In this document: positions 24,410 through 35,528 of the stretch, one piece after another | Position numbering within the stretch: position 1 is the first letter of the stretch | Layout: each line of letters begins with the position of its first letter | From: an uncultured Actinomycetota bacterium | GTDB taxonomy: Bacteria > Actinomycetota > Actinomycetes > JAHEKZ01 | Length of the DNA: 64,000 bases | Direction of reading: 5' to 3' | Assembly: GCA_963712425.1 (NCBI GenBank) | Contig: CAVQHW010000002.1 | Coordinates: 200,517 to 264,516 of the forward strand | The notes under the pieces: generated by a model | The model's database searches: none | Seen by the model: the letters and a program-made list of their open reading frames with translations, nothing else | What the model was told of the DNA's origin: nothing | Position numbers and translations under genes: made by a program

Positions 24410-25228
24410 ATGAACCTTGCCCAACGCACGGTGCTTGCCACGGTGGCTACCGCACTGACCGCCGCCACTCTTGCCTCAGCCGTGCCAGGAGCGGTCGCAG
24501 GGGAACCCGCCGAGCCGGTGCTTCCGACCGCTAACGCCAAGTGGGACTACCAGATCGGCAAGCCCTACGCCCCACGCGATGGCGTGACGGTGGTGTCGCG
24601 CGACCGCGAGGCGAACCCGCTCGAGTACGCGTACACGATGTGTTACGTCAACGCCTACCAAACCCAACCTGGCGAAGTTCGTTGGTGGAAGAACAACCAC
24701 CCACAGCTGCTCCTGAAGAAGGACGGCAAGTACGTCGTCGACGGGTTCTGGGGCGAGATTCTTCTTGACGTTGGAACCACGGCGAAGCGTGAGCAACTGG
24801 CGTCCATCGTGGGGGAGTGGATTGCTAAGTGCGGCGACGATGGTTTCCAGGCGATCGAGCCGGACAACCTTGACTCGTGGACGCGGTCACGCGGACAACT
24901 CACGCGTGACGACAACTTCGCCTTCGCGGCGCTCATGATCGACCGAGCTCACGCCGAGGGGCTCGCGATTGGGCAGAAGAACGCAGCGGGCGCTGCACAA
25001 CGTGGCGCGGACCTCGGGTTCGACTTCGCAGTCGCAGAAGAGTGCGGTCGCTGGCGCGAGTGCAACACCTACATCGACGCCTACGGCGACCAGGTCTATG
25101 TCATCGAGTACCGCGACCAAGACTTCAAGTACTCGTGCGAGCGGTGGGGAGACCAGCTCTCGATCATTCGTCGCGACCTGATGGTGAGGGCGCCAGGTTC
25201 TCCGAAGTACGTGTACAAGGCCTGCTGA
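24410..25228 (+). CDS. Secreted TIM-barrel glycoside hydrolase, GH114-like (endo-alpha-1,4-polygalactosaminidase / PelA-hydrolase-like)
   Basis: Signal peptide (MNLAQRTVLATVATALTAATLASAVPGAVA). Segments YTMCYVNAYQTQPGE, FWGEILLDV and GFQAIEPDNLD are consistent with a GH114-type fold. Confidence 0.65.
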   Translation: MNLAQRTVLATVATALTAATLASAVPGAVAGEPAEPVLPTANAKWDYQIGKPYAPRDGVTVVSRDREANPLEYAYTMCYVNAYQTQPGEVRWWKNNHPQLLLKKDGKYVVDGFWGEILLDVGTTAKREQLASIVGEWIAKCGDDGFQAIEPDNLDSWTRSRGQLTRDDNFAFAALMIDRAHAEGLAIGQKNAAGAAQRGADLGFDFAVAEECGRWRECNTYIDAYGDQVYVIEYRDQDFKYSCERWGDQLSIIRRDLMVRAPGSPKYVYKAC

Positions 25229-25254
25229 CTAGGACCGAGGTGTTTGGGTCCAGC

Positions 25255-25956
25255 TCAGGACGCAGCGACTGACGCGTGCCGTCGCGGTAGCACGAGCAGC
25301 GCGCCGACCAAGAAGCACACGGCCCCAAGGAACGTGCCGCCGTTCGACCACGCCGAGTTGAGCAACTCGTTCGTGGAGGGCAGCACGAACGCTCCGATGG
25401 CGGAGATGCCGAAGAAGATCGAGCCGAACATGTTCAGCGCGCTGATGGTCCACGACCGGTCGCGCGCATGACCGTGTCGGTGGCGACGGACCTCGGGCAT
25501 CAGCGCAATCGCACTCGAGACCAAGAACAGAATTGACCCGACCGCGTCCGGACGCCAGATGACTTGGTCCGACACCGACTGCGTCCCAATCGCCTCGACG
25601 ACGCCCCAGAACGTCGTGACGTTGAAGGCGAGCGTGCCGATCCACTGCACCCATGAGCTGATCCACGCCGGGTTTGAACTGCGCAACGCTTGGCCGGTCG
25701 ACAGTTGTTCGGAGCCGACCCCAGCTCGCCAGCCCAGATGCATCTGGATGCTGGCCGCGCTGGTGAAGAAGATCGACCCGACGAAGAAGATCACCGCCGC
25801 CACGGTGGGCTCCCACCGGGTGTTCTGGCTGATGGGGACGCCCACCGCAAAGCAGAAGGAGCCAATAGCGAACAGCCACCCCATCCAGCTGGTCGCACGC
25901 AATGAAGGTGTGGGCACGGCGGAATCGTAGGCGCGCCTGCTACCCGCCGAGGCCAC
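25255..25956 (-). CDS. Hypothetical integral membrane protein (about 6 TM)
   Basis: Hydrophobic profile only; no motif recognised. Confidence 0.5.
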   Translation of the reverse strand: MASAGSRRAYDSAVPTPSLRATSWMGWLFAIGSFCFAVGVPISQNTRWEPTVAAVIFFVGSIFFTSAASIQMHLGWRAGVGSEQLSTGQALRSSNPAWISSWVQWIGTLAFNVTTFWGVVEAIGTQSVSDQVIWRPDAVGSILFLVSSAIALMPEVRRHRHGHARDRSWTISALNMFGSIFFGISAIGAFVLPSTNELLNSAWSNGGTFLGAVCFLVGALLVLPRRHASVAAS

Positions 25957-26043
25957 GCCAGGCAGGCTTCAAGTCTGGCGTTGCCGCTACCGATGAGTAA
26001 CATGGAGGTTACTCGCCAGTAACTGCGGCAAGGAGGTCTCGCG

Positions 26044-27869
26044 ATGGGCCACTACCAGGCGAACCTGCGCGACCAAGAGTTCATGCTCTTCGAGGTGCTC
26101 GATCGCGAGGCGGCGCTGGGACGCGGTCGCTACGCCGACGTCGATCTAGACACGGCTCGATCGCTGCTGCGCGAGGCGCAGCACCTAGCCGAGACCACCT
26201 TGGCGGACGCCTTCGTCGTCGGCGATCGGACGCCACCGGAGTTCGACCCCAGCACGAACAGCGTCCGCATGCCGCAAGACTTCGCCAAGGCCTTTCACGC
26301 CTACCTCGAAGGCGGATGGGCCGACCTCGATCTGTCGCCCGAGCTCGGCGGATCACCGGTACCGCCTTCACTGCGATGGGCCATCGCCGAGATGGTGCTC
26401 GGGTCAAACCCCGCGGTGCACTTCTTCTCGACCGGGCCGGCGTTCGCGCGGCTCTTCTACGACCTCGGCACTGACGAACAGAAGCAATGGGCGAAGGTGT
26501 GGGCCGAACGTCGATGGGGCGCCACGATGGTGCTCACCGAACCGGACGCCGGAAGTGACGTTGGCGCAGGGCGCACTACGGCGTCCCAGCAAGCAGATGG
26601 TTCGTGGCACATCAGCGGCGTGAAGCGCTTCATCACTTCGGGCGAGCACGACATGACCGACAACATCGTTCACCTGGTGCTCGCGCGACCTGAGGGCGCA
26701 GGGCCTGGCACCAAGGGGCTGTCGCTGTTCTTCGTTCCGAAGTTTCACGTCGACTGGGACACCGGCGAACTGCTCGAGCGCAATGGCGTGTACGCGACAA
26801 ACGTCGAACACAAGATGGGGCTGAAGGCGTCCACGACGTGTGAGCTGACCTTCGGTGAACGCGAGCCAGCTGTCGGGTGGTTGGTCGGCGAGGTGCACGA
26901 CGGCATCGCCCAGATGTTCAAGGTGATCGAGTTCGCTCGCATGATGGTGGGCACGAAGGCGATCGCCACGTTGTCGGCTGGCTACCTCAACGCACTCGAG
27001 TACACCAAGACGCGCGTGCAAGGCGCTGACCTGACGCAGGCGTCCGACAAGACGGCGCCGCGGGTCACGGTGATCAACCACCCCGATGTGCGGCGCTCGC
27101 TGATGACGCAGAAGGCATACAGCGAAGGGCTCAGGGCGTTGATGCTGTACGCCGCATCGGTGCAGGACGCCGTCGAGGCTCGCGAAGACTCCGGCGAGGA
27201 CGCGACCGCCGAGCATGCGTTGAACGACTTGCTGCTGCCGTTGGTCAAGGGGTACGGATCGGAGAAGTCGTACGCGTTGCTCGCTGAGTCGTTGCAGTGC
27301 TTCGGAGGTTCGGGGTACTTGCAGGACTACCCGATCGAGCAGTACATCCGCGACGCGAAGATCGACACGCTGTACGAGGGAACGACCGCGATCCAGGGCA
27401 TGGACCTGTTCTTCCGCAAGATGGTGAAGGACCAGTTCGCGGCGATCACTTCGCTGGGGGCCGAGATTGGCGCATTCGCCGCGATTGATGGCGACGGCGC
27501 TTTGGCAGTCGAGCGTCAGCTGTTGGGGCGCGCACTGCAGGACGTGCAGTCGATGATTCAGACCATGGCCGGCTTCGCGATGGCGTCGGCGTCCGACCCG
27601 GAGCAGATCTATCGTGCCGGGCTCAACACGACGCGGTTGCTCTTCGCAGTCGGCGACGTCGTCGTCGCGTGGCTGCTGCTGCGCGGGGCAGCGGTGGCGC
27701 TTGCGGCGCTGGACGGTGAGGTGTCGGCGTCCGACCGCGACTTCTACGCCGGCAAGGTGGCGTCGGCGCGCTGGTTCTGCGCGCAGGTGCTGCCGCATGT
27801 GCGTGCCGAGCGCCTGTCCTGGAGGGCACCACCCTCGACGCGATGGAGCTGCCGGAAGCCGCGTTCTAG
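26044..27869 (+). CDS. fadE: Large acyl-CoA dehydrogenase (FadE5-like, about 610 aa); the last 19 codons lie in a different frame (single-nt frameshift near 27815)
   Basis: [19 protein letters not shown]..., [12 protein letters not shown] and [12 protein letters not shown] are hallmarks of the long FadE5/AidB-like acyl-CoA dehydrogenases. The conserved C-terminus [16 protein letters not shown] is in the +2 frame. The tracked ORF instead reads through to 28143. Confidence 0.85.
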
Positions 27870-29684
27870 ACCTCACCAGCGTGGTCGGGTGGCGGCGAGT
27901 CACGTGGGAGGCCAGGGGAAGCGTCAGCTCTGCCTCGCCGTCGGTCATGATCTCGATCGGGACGCCCCAGTCCTGTTGGTGAATGTGGCACGCGGGAAAC
28001 TCCGCATCGCCGTCATCGCAGGACGCCACCCGTGCCGAGACGTGCAGCACGCCACCTTCGACGGCGTCCCCGATCCGGATCACGCGACGCAGCGCATCGG
28101 CAGGGCCAGCGCCTTCTTCGAGCAGCTCCGCCGGCGTGGCTGACACCGCAACGTGGACGGCAGGCCCGTAGCGGTCGTCGAGCTTCTGACCGGGTGGCGG
28201 CGTGAACAGCACCTCGACGGCGATCGTCCCGGGGCGCAGCGACACCGTCGGACGCTGCGACGACATGTCTGACGCCTTCACCATCGTCGCCTCGGTTGGT
28301 AGCCGGACGCGGGTGAGTTGATGCGCGGCCGACTCGACGACGAGCAACTCATCACCGAGCGCCATCACACCGCTTGGCTCGGCGAGGTCGCTAGCGATCG
28401 TCGAGACGGTGCGGGTGTCGGGATCGAACCGGCGGATCGCACCGTTGTAGGTGTCGGCGATCGCCACCGAACCGTCGGCCAGCACGCAGCAGTCGAGCGG
28501 ATGCTGCAGCAGCGCCTCGGACGCCGCACCGTCGACGTGACCGAAGTCGAACAACCCGCTGCCCACCTCGGTGGTGACAACGTCGTTGGTGACGCGACGC
28601 AGAGCCGACGTCTCGGCGTCCGCGAACCACAGCGTTCCTCCGTCAGACGACACCGCGAATCCAGATGGCTGTGCGAACCAAGCCTGCATGAGGTCGCCGT
28701 CGACGAGGCCCTCTTGCGTCGTGCCAGCGCGCACGGTGAGGCGTCCGGCGACGGGGTCGTAGCTCCAGAGTTGATGGTTGCCTGCCATCGCGATGGCTAC
28801 CTCTGACCACGCCGGCATCCACACGACGTCCCACGGCGAACTCAATGGGTGTGTCGGCGAATGCATGGTCTGGCAAGCGGGTCGCCCTGCATCCACTGCT
28901 CACCGGTTCCGGCCAGGTTGCGGACGCGTCCGTCGCGCAGTCGGACTCCGCGCAGCGCGTGGTTCACGGTGTCTGCGACGACCACGTCGTAGCCCACCTG
29001 CTCGCGAACGTCGGCAGGAAGCAGGCACAGGCCGTTGGGTTCGCTGAACTGCGCGGTCTTGGCGCGTTCCCGATCGATAGCCGCGTGTTCCGGTGCCGAT
29101 GCGTCTGATGAGGGAACCGCTCGTCGGGTTGACCTGCGCGAGGGAGTGATGCCCGGCGTCCGCGACCAACAGGCGTGCGATCGGGTAGCAGCACTGCCTT
29201 AGCCGGGAATCGCAGTGTGGTGTCGTGGGACGCCGCGTCAGGCGTGAACGCGGCGTCCGGGTGCAACGTTCCGCGCGACTGGTAGTCGCTGACCAGCTGC
29301 TCGAGCAGCATGTCGATCGCGTGCGCATGACCTTCGCCGGAGTGCTGTGCGACTACGTACCCCTCAGGGTCGATCAGCACGAGCGTCGGCCACGCGCGCA
29401 CGGCGTACTGCTGCCAGGTCTCCAGGTCGGGGTCGTCCAAGCACCGGGTGCGCGACCTCGTAGCGCTCGACGGCGGCCATCACGGCCTCCGGCGTTGCCT
29501 CGTGCGGAAACTTCGGCGAGTGGACGCCGATGACGACGAGCTCGTCGGCGTACTTCTCCTCGAGGGGCCGAAGCTCGTCGAGGACGTGCAGGCAGTTGAT
29601 GCAGCACCCGGTCCAGAAGTCGAGCAGGACGAAGCGTCCGCGGAGCTCAGTCAGCGAGACAGGCGACCGCCGGTGTTCAACCAC
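27866..29684 (-). pseudogene. Thioredoxin-like / NHL-repeat protein with at least three frameshifts; 3' boundary approximate
   Basis: Thioredoxin-fold N-terminus with a CxxC-like site ([15 protein letters not shown]) in frame 29364-29684. Its continuation ([20 protein letters not shown]) is in frame 28964-29440. The first NHL repeat (LLVADAGHHSL) is in frame 28900-29328. The remaining NHL repeats are in the 28896-to-about-27950 frame. Confidence 0.55.
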
Positions 29685-30557
29685 CCTCGACCCTGCAGCT
29701 CGGGCGCTCGAAGACGGACCACCCGCCGAGGTTACGCGTACCTCTCTCGGTCATCGATCGAGCTTGACCACCACAGGATCTCTGGCCGGCACCGCACGAG
29801 GTCCGGAGCTGACAGTGACCGGTCGGTCCGGTTGGGCCACCGCTAGGGAGGGTCGAATGCCCCGAGACTCAGTACGCGCTGCCGGGTGAGACGGTCACCG
29901 CATGTCACCGTGGCTCGACAGCACGCGGCCATCGACTCGTCCAGCCGGCGCGTCCGCAGTTCAGGCGATCGAGACCGGATCCCTCCGGCAGGCATACCTC
30001 GATCGGCGCATCCGTCCGCAGTCTGAGGTTCGGCAACGCGACGTCGACCTCGTCGTCGACCTCAGCGAACTGGCTCTGGGTACCGCAGGTCGCCCGAGCA
30101 CACTGACTCGCCAGGTGAGCGGCTCGGATACGCCGAAGTCTCGATCTGCTCGGATACCGGCGGCGACGCCCAAGGTGCCTACTTCCCGGCTGACGGCGGT
30201 TGAAGACTGTCGAGGCTTGGTCCGTGCCAGGCGAAGATCCAGCGGAAGTGATCGCCGTGTCCTGGGATTCAGCCGAGGACGAGTACGCGATCCTGATGCG
30301 AGCCCCAGCGTTCGGGAATGAATAGTCGGTGTTCAACCACCCACGAACTTCCAGTGCTGGCGCACGCAGACGTACCACCCGCTGAAGTTACGCGGTTCCG
30401 GCGTGCTTTCGGCGGCCCCGAGGGGGAATAGCGGGCACTGGATGAAGAGTAAGCGCAGATCAGAGGCCTGCGGTGATTCAAGTTGGTGGACCTTCGGAAT
30501 CATTGTATAGTTTTCCTATCGGAATGGTTGGTTTTCTTCCCCTCGGGAGGTGCGCCC

Positions 30558-30860
30558 ATGTCGATCGAACGTTTGGCACATATGTCCGCTCCCGTGTTGT
30601 CCGCGACTCTGCTGTTGCACGCCCCCGCGGCGCAAACCCGTCCGACCCATCGCCCTCCCGTCGTGAAGCCCGCCAGGCAGCGAAGGACACGACGCGCTCT
30701 CGTCATCGCCGAGATGAAGCGGGTCGTCCGCCCGGTCATTCCCTACCGCGTCCGTCGCACGGTGCACCTGACCCTCGTGGACAGCGTCCCCGGTTCGGCG
30801 AGCCAGGCAGCGCACGCCGCGACGCCTCACACGCACAACGGTTCTCGCCGTGCGGCGTGA
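30558..30860 (+). CDS. Small Arg-rich hypothetical protein (100 aa)
   Basis: ATG with a GGGAGG RBS (8-nt spacer), preceded by an unusually AT-rich stretch (CATTGTATAGTTTTCCTATCGGAATGGTTGGTTTTCTTCC). The product is very basic with no recognised domain and could be a mis-framed artefact. Confidence 0.3.
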   Translation: MSIERLAHMSAPVLSATLLLHAPAAQTRPTHRPPVVKPARQRRTRRALVIAEMKRVVRPVIPYRVRRTVHLTLVDSVPGSASQAAHAATPHTHNGSRRAA

Positions 30861-30871
30861 CCTCCGCGTCA

Positions 30872-32348
30872 CTACGACGAGCCGAGCCGCAGAACCGTGT
30901 CGACGAACTCGTCGACGTCGGCCAACGAGGTGCGGGGGTTGATGAAGCACGGACGCAGTGCGAACTGTCCCTTCACCACCGTCGAGCTCACGACAAATCG
31001 AGTTTCGCGTGCGAGCCGCCTCAGGATCTCGCGGTTGGCGGCATCTATGTCTGCCTCGGACGCCGCAGGCTCTGGCACATAGCGGAACACGCAGATCGAC
31101 AACACCGGATCAAGCAGCGTCTCGAGTCGATCGTGATCGTTGGCGCGCTGCGCCACGTGTCGCGCGAAGTCGTTGTCGCCGACGACGCGCGCGCGGACGC
31201 CCTCGACTCCCAACTCCTTCAACACGCCCCACACGGCAACACCCCGTACCGGAGCCGACAGCTCGACGCCGAAGTCGAAGTAGGGGATGCCCATCGCGTC
31301 CAACGACACCTGCACGTCGTCGTCAGAGAAGGCGCCCTCGAGGTAGTCGGCCGGCTCCTGAGTAAACGCGCGAAAGAGGATCGACCGGTCGCGCACGAAC
31401 GTCGCAGCGACACCGACCGGAACATTGAGCCACTTGTGCGGGTCGGTGATGGCCGAGTCGGCCAGCTCGAGCCCGTCGTACAGCGGTGCGACGCGTTCAT
31501 CGAGGATGCCGGGCAACCCGTACGCGCCGTCGACGTGAAACCACGCCCCGTACTGCTTGGCCAACTCACCGGCTCGACGGATTGGATCGATCGACCCGGT
31601 GTTCGTCGTCCCCGCTGCCACGACAACGGCAACCGGCAGGACGCCTGACGCCTCACCCTCTTTCAGCGCCGCCTCGAGCGCCTCGACGTCGATGCGCATC
31701 TGATCGTCGGTCGGTACCGACCTGACCTTCCTGCGTCCGATGCCCAGCACACCGGCCGATCGCTGCACCGTGTGGTGCGCCTGGTCTGAGGTGTAGATCG
31801 CGAGCCGTGCAGCGTCGAACCCGTCGGCGGACGGGATCGATGCCTTGCTGCTCCAACGCCCATTGCCGCGCTGCCCCGAGCGCGATCAGGTTCGCCGTCG
31901 ACCCGCCGCTTGAGAACACGCCCTTCATGCCGTCGCCCAAACCGCACAGCTCGGCGAGCCAGTCGAGCGCCTGCTCTTCGAGCAAGTTGAACGAGGTCAG
32001 CGTCTGTCGTTGTGGTGACGCGATCATTCCCGCAGCAAGCATCGCGGTCGGCACTGTCGACGGGCCCGTCGTGATCCATCCCCAGGACGCGTCAGACGTC
32101 AGATGCGGACCGTGCGGCAGTACCAGGGACGTGAACTCAGCGATCGCGGCGTCCGCTCCGATGCCGGTCTGCGGCAAGGGGCCGGTCAGCTCACCGCGCC
32201 AGTCGGTGGGCGACAGCAGCGGGTCGACGCGGTCACTCGCGAGCCACCGATCGAGCGCTGCGCCCACCGCCTCGAACGTCTCGGCGAATCGGCCGGTCTC
32301 AGGACGATGTGGACCAGGACGGGGCGACTCAGGACGATGCGTGCTCAC
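30872..32348 (-). pseudogene. PLP-dependent amino-acid decarboxylase (group II, aromatic-L-amino-acid / glutamate decarboxylase family) with one frameshift near 31800
   Basis: N-terminal half (FSSGGSTANLIALGAARQWALEQQGIDP) in frame 31653-32348. The collinear continuation (SADGFDAARLAIYTSDQAHHTVQRSAGVLGIG...HVDGAYG) is in frame 30872-31768. The shift is at a CCC run. Confidence 0.65.
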
Positions 32349-33858
32349 GTCGGGAGGCTACTCCGGCATTCGACGAGCTGAACACCCGTCGCCAAGGGCT
32401 GGACGCCGGATCGCGCAGTTGCGTCGCGACCAGCGCCACCCCAACCGCGCATACCACCAGCCACCGCACGTGCGCGTCGTCCCAGGCAGCACCCGGCGCC
32501 GCCAAGAGCGGCCATTTGCCCACGGTCAGTTGTTCGTACACGCCGAAGAGCAAGACGACGAACACCACGAACTGCGCCGGTTCGAAGAATCGCCATCGTC
32601 GCTGCAACAACAATGCGACGCCGCAAACGACGGCGGCGAGTGACACCTCCTCGAGCAGCAGCCCGCGCCAGGTATCCCCGGTCAGCAGATCACCGACCAC
32701 GACTCCAGCCGGGACGAGGCCGGTAACGACCGCCAGGCACACAACACCGAACCGAGCCGGCATCAGCACCCGCCGCGTGCCGACGCAGGCACGTGTCACG
32801 TCGAAGGATGGGTCGTCGAGCGCAAACGTCGAAGCGACGACAACGATCGCAGCCGCGAAGCGCAGTAGCCACAACGCCTCGAGCTCGGTGGTGACGTCCC
32901 CCGCGCGCCACCACGTCAGCGCCCATGCCAGACCGACTCCGATCGCCAGTGCTGGCCACCGACACAATCGCGGCAAGTACGAGGCGAGGCTGGTCATGAG
33001 ACCTGCAGGGCTCCGGCCACGGCGGTTGCGAAGAAGACTCCCGCAGATATGCCGAGCCATCTCGAGCGGTGTTCGCGATCGCGCAGCATCGTCGCGCAGA
33101 ACGCCAACGCGCACAGACCGATGAGGTACACCGCATGCCAGCCGTGCGACCCCTGTTGGGTCCACGCCTCGTCGAACCACTGCGGGACGCTGAGGTACGG
33201 AGCGAACCATGGCCAGGTGTTGACCGGAGACACGATCGGAGTTTCCGACGAGCACAGTGCCAAAGACCAACACAACGAAACCGAGCGGTAGCGAACCCGG
33301 AAAGCGCAGCCAGGTCGCCCACATCACGGCGAACATTCCGCCGCCAACGAGCATCAGCCCAAGCTGGAACAAGAACAGCAGCGACAGCGGCCGGTCTTCG
33401 CTGAATCCGTCGAAGCCGGTCGTTGTCAGCGAGTTTCCCAACACCGCAGCAAGCGTCATCAAGACCAGAGCCAAGAGACCTGGGCCCAACAGAACACCGA
33501 GACAGAGCCCAGCCTTGCGTTGCCGCGACGACAGCGCGGACGCCGCAAGCTGCGGGTCAGCGCCGGTTCGTCGCGCAGAGGACGTCACCAGGTGTGCCGA
33601 GATATAGACCAAGAGCCCGAGATAGAGCGCCGTGAAGAACGTGATGACGTCGTAGAAGGTGCGAGCAGACGGCAACGAGAGCTTCGCTTCGGCCACCGAC
33701 TCCACGCCGCCCATCAGCAAGAAGAGCGCCAGCACCAAGCCGAAGACCGGCGAGAACACCATGCGGCGCCCCTCACGCCACCCCAACGCAACAATGGCCC
33801 GCCAACTCGAGCGCGTGATCGTCGGCTCTGCAACAGACGTCATCGCGACCGCAGTCAT
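32329..33858 (-). CDS. ABC-2 type exporter permease (multi-TM)
   Basis: About 12 hydrophobic segments. Its start overlaps the stop of the upstream ABC ATPase gene. Confidence 0.65.
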   Translation of the reverse strand: MTAVAMTSVAEPTITRSSWRAIVALGWREGRRMVFSPVFGLVLALFLLMGGVESVAEAKLSLPSARTFYDVITFFTALYLGLLVYISAHLVTSSARRTGADPQLAASALSSRQRKAGLCLGVLLGPGLLALVLMTLAAVLGNSLTTTGFDGFSEDRPLSLLFLFQLGLMLVGGGMFAVMWATWLRFPGSLPLGFVVLVFGTVLVGNSDRVSGQHLAMVRSVPQRPAVVRRGVDPTGVARLACGVPHRSVRVGVLRDDAARSRTPLEMARHICGSLLRNRRGRSPAGLMTSLASYLPRLCRWPALAIGVGLAWALTWWRAGDVTTELEALWLLRFAAAIVVVASTFALDDPSFDVTRACVGTRRVLMPARFGVVCLAVVTGLVPAGVVVGDLLTGDTWRGLLLEEVSLAAVVCGVALLLQRRWRFFEPAQFVVFVVLLFGVYEQLTVGKWPLLAAPGAAWDDAHVRWLVVCAVGVALVATQLRDPASSPWRRVFSSSNAGVASRREHASS

Positions 33859-34712
33859 GCCGCGACCTCTTCGTCAAACCGCCCGACCAGCAACAGGTAA
33901 CCGTCTTCAAGCGTCGGCTCGACGGTCACAGCCCCGCTCGGCGGCGAGCCAAGGTGGCGGACGCGTCCATCACCTGTCCGCCAGGCCAGCTCGGCACTGG
34001 GATCCCGCTCGTCGGCAAACCACACTCGACCATCCCCGAGTGCCGACAGTTCAGCCGGTGATCCATGAAAGAGGACGCGCCCCTTGTCGAGCACGACGAC
34101 GTCTTGGCAGAGCGCTGCGACGTCTTCGGTCTGGTGCGTTGACAGCAACACCGCGCGTCCCTCACCGGCGTGCGAGACCAGCTCACGGAACCGCAACCGC
34201 TGCTCAGGGTCGAGACCGGCGGTCGGTTCGTCGAGCACCAGGAACTGCGGATCACCGAGCAGCGCTGCGGCCAGCGCAGTGCGCCGCTTCATACCGCCCG
34301 AGAGGGCTCGCACTCGCTTACCGCTGACAGACGTGAGGTCGACGGCCTCAATGACACGTCGCACCTCGTCGTGGCGCTCGCGACGGTTCGACAGCTCTTT
34401 GAGGATCGCGACGTAGTCGACGAACTCGAAGACACTGAAGCCGCGTTGAAACCCGGGGTCTTGTGGCAGGTATCCCAGACGCCGTCTGATCTCGGTGCGT
34501 TCGGCGGCGTTGGACGGACGACGTCCGAACACCGTCACGTCACCGCTGTCGGGTGCAGCGACCGTCGCCAAAATGCGCAGCAACGTGGTCTTGCCTGCAC
34601 CGTTGGGGCCGAGCAGCCCCGTGACTCCCGATCCGATGTCGAACGTCGCGCCGTCGAGCGCTTGTGTGCGCCCGTACCTACGGCGCACGTCATTGACGGT
34701 GGCAGCGATCAT
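33855..34712 (-). CDS. ABC transporter ATP-binding protein
   Basis: Walker A (GPNGAGKTTLL), ABC signature (LSGGMKRR) and Walker B (LVLDEPTAGLD). Its ATG overlaps the anti-sigma stop as ATGA. Confidence 0.8.
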   Translation of the reverse strand: MIAATVNDVRRRYGRTQALDGATFDIGSGVTGLLGPNGAGKTTLLRILATVAAPDSGDVTVFGRRPSNAAERTEIRRRLGYLPQDPGFQRGFSVFEFVDYVAILKELSNRRERHDEVRRVIEAVDLTSVSGKRVRALSGGMKRRTALAAALLGDPQFLVLDEPTAGLDPEQRLRFRELVSHAGEGRAVLLSTHQTEDVAALCQDVVVLDKGRVLFHGSPAELSALGDGRVWFADERDPSAELAWRTGDGRVRHLGSPPSGAVTVEPTLEDGYLLLVGRFDEEVAA

Positions 34713-35528
34713 GGGTTTCTCCTCAATGCTGCCCGCAGTTGCGGGTCGGTCAACATGAATGTCACAGCCGCTGCAGCAATGAGCAGCGCGGTCAGCTGAA
34801 CACCTCGCGAGATCACGAGGTCGAGCACGTTGGCGTCTTGGTAGAGGCCGCTGAGCAGCGGTAGGACGTAGCAGGCCGCGACGAATGCGGCCGACCACAG
34901 CAGCGGTAGCCATCGCGACAGCGCGAGCGTGACGGTGACCAGCGCCAGACACGGAAGCACCCATGCGGCCGCGACTCGGGCGTCCGGTACGAGCAGCGAA
35001 GCCAGACGCTGCCAACACCCCTGACGCCACGACCACAGCACTCGCCCGAAGCAGAAGCAGCCGCAAGGTTGGGTAGCTGCTCGACACAGACACCTCGTAG
35101 GTCGGGTCGATCCAGCGGCCATACGCACCGGCGACCGCGATGACCGGGACGATCGGCGCGACGATCAAGAACAGCGCCAACCCTCGGTCGCCGTTCTGGC
35201 TCGCCCATGCCGCGAAGCCCAGGACGACTGCGACGGCTGTTAGCCACGACAGGTGCAGCGACGGCGCGGATGCCATGAGCCGCGCGTCAGTGTCGGGTAC
35301 TCCGATCAGCGTGAGCAGCCGTTCAGCCCACGACGGACGCGGTGCGTCGACGAGCTCTTCGACGTCCGCCCAGATCGCCTCGAGTCGATCGGTTGGTACT
35401 TCGCCTCCGACCAGCTCGCGACAAGTCGGGCACGTCATTACGTGCGCCTCGATGGACGCCGCGCGTGCGCCGTGAACGTCACCGCTCACGTACGCGAGCG
35501 CCATGGGTTCGGGGATGTGCCACGTCAT
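34709..35528 (-). pseudogene. Zinc-binding (ZAS-type) membrane anti-sigma factor with a frameshift near 34960-34990
   Basis: N-terminal HxxxCxxC motif (HVMTCPTCRE) and a TM segment in the 35528 frame. The hydrophobic C-terminal domain ending at the stop at 34709 is in the 34709-35128 frame. Confidence 0.55.

Noticed and set aside
26404-28896. 830-aa minus-strand ORF
   Set aside because: Only the upstream roughly 310 aa (28896 down to about 27950) is real, forming the NHL-repeat part of the Trx-NHL pseudogene. The rest is an unterminated read-through antisense to the FadE5-like gene.
30473-31648. 391-aa plus-strand ORF
   Set aside because: It is antisense to the PLP decarboxylase pseudogene, with no domain signal.
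33855-35528. 557-aa ORF looking like an anti-sigma / ABC ATPase fusion
   Set aside because: It is an artefact. The anti-sigma ends in another frame at 34709, and the ABC ATPase starts at its own ATG at 34712. The connecting roughly 60 aa are Arg-rich out-of-frame sequence.
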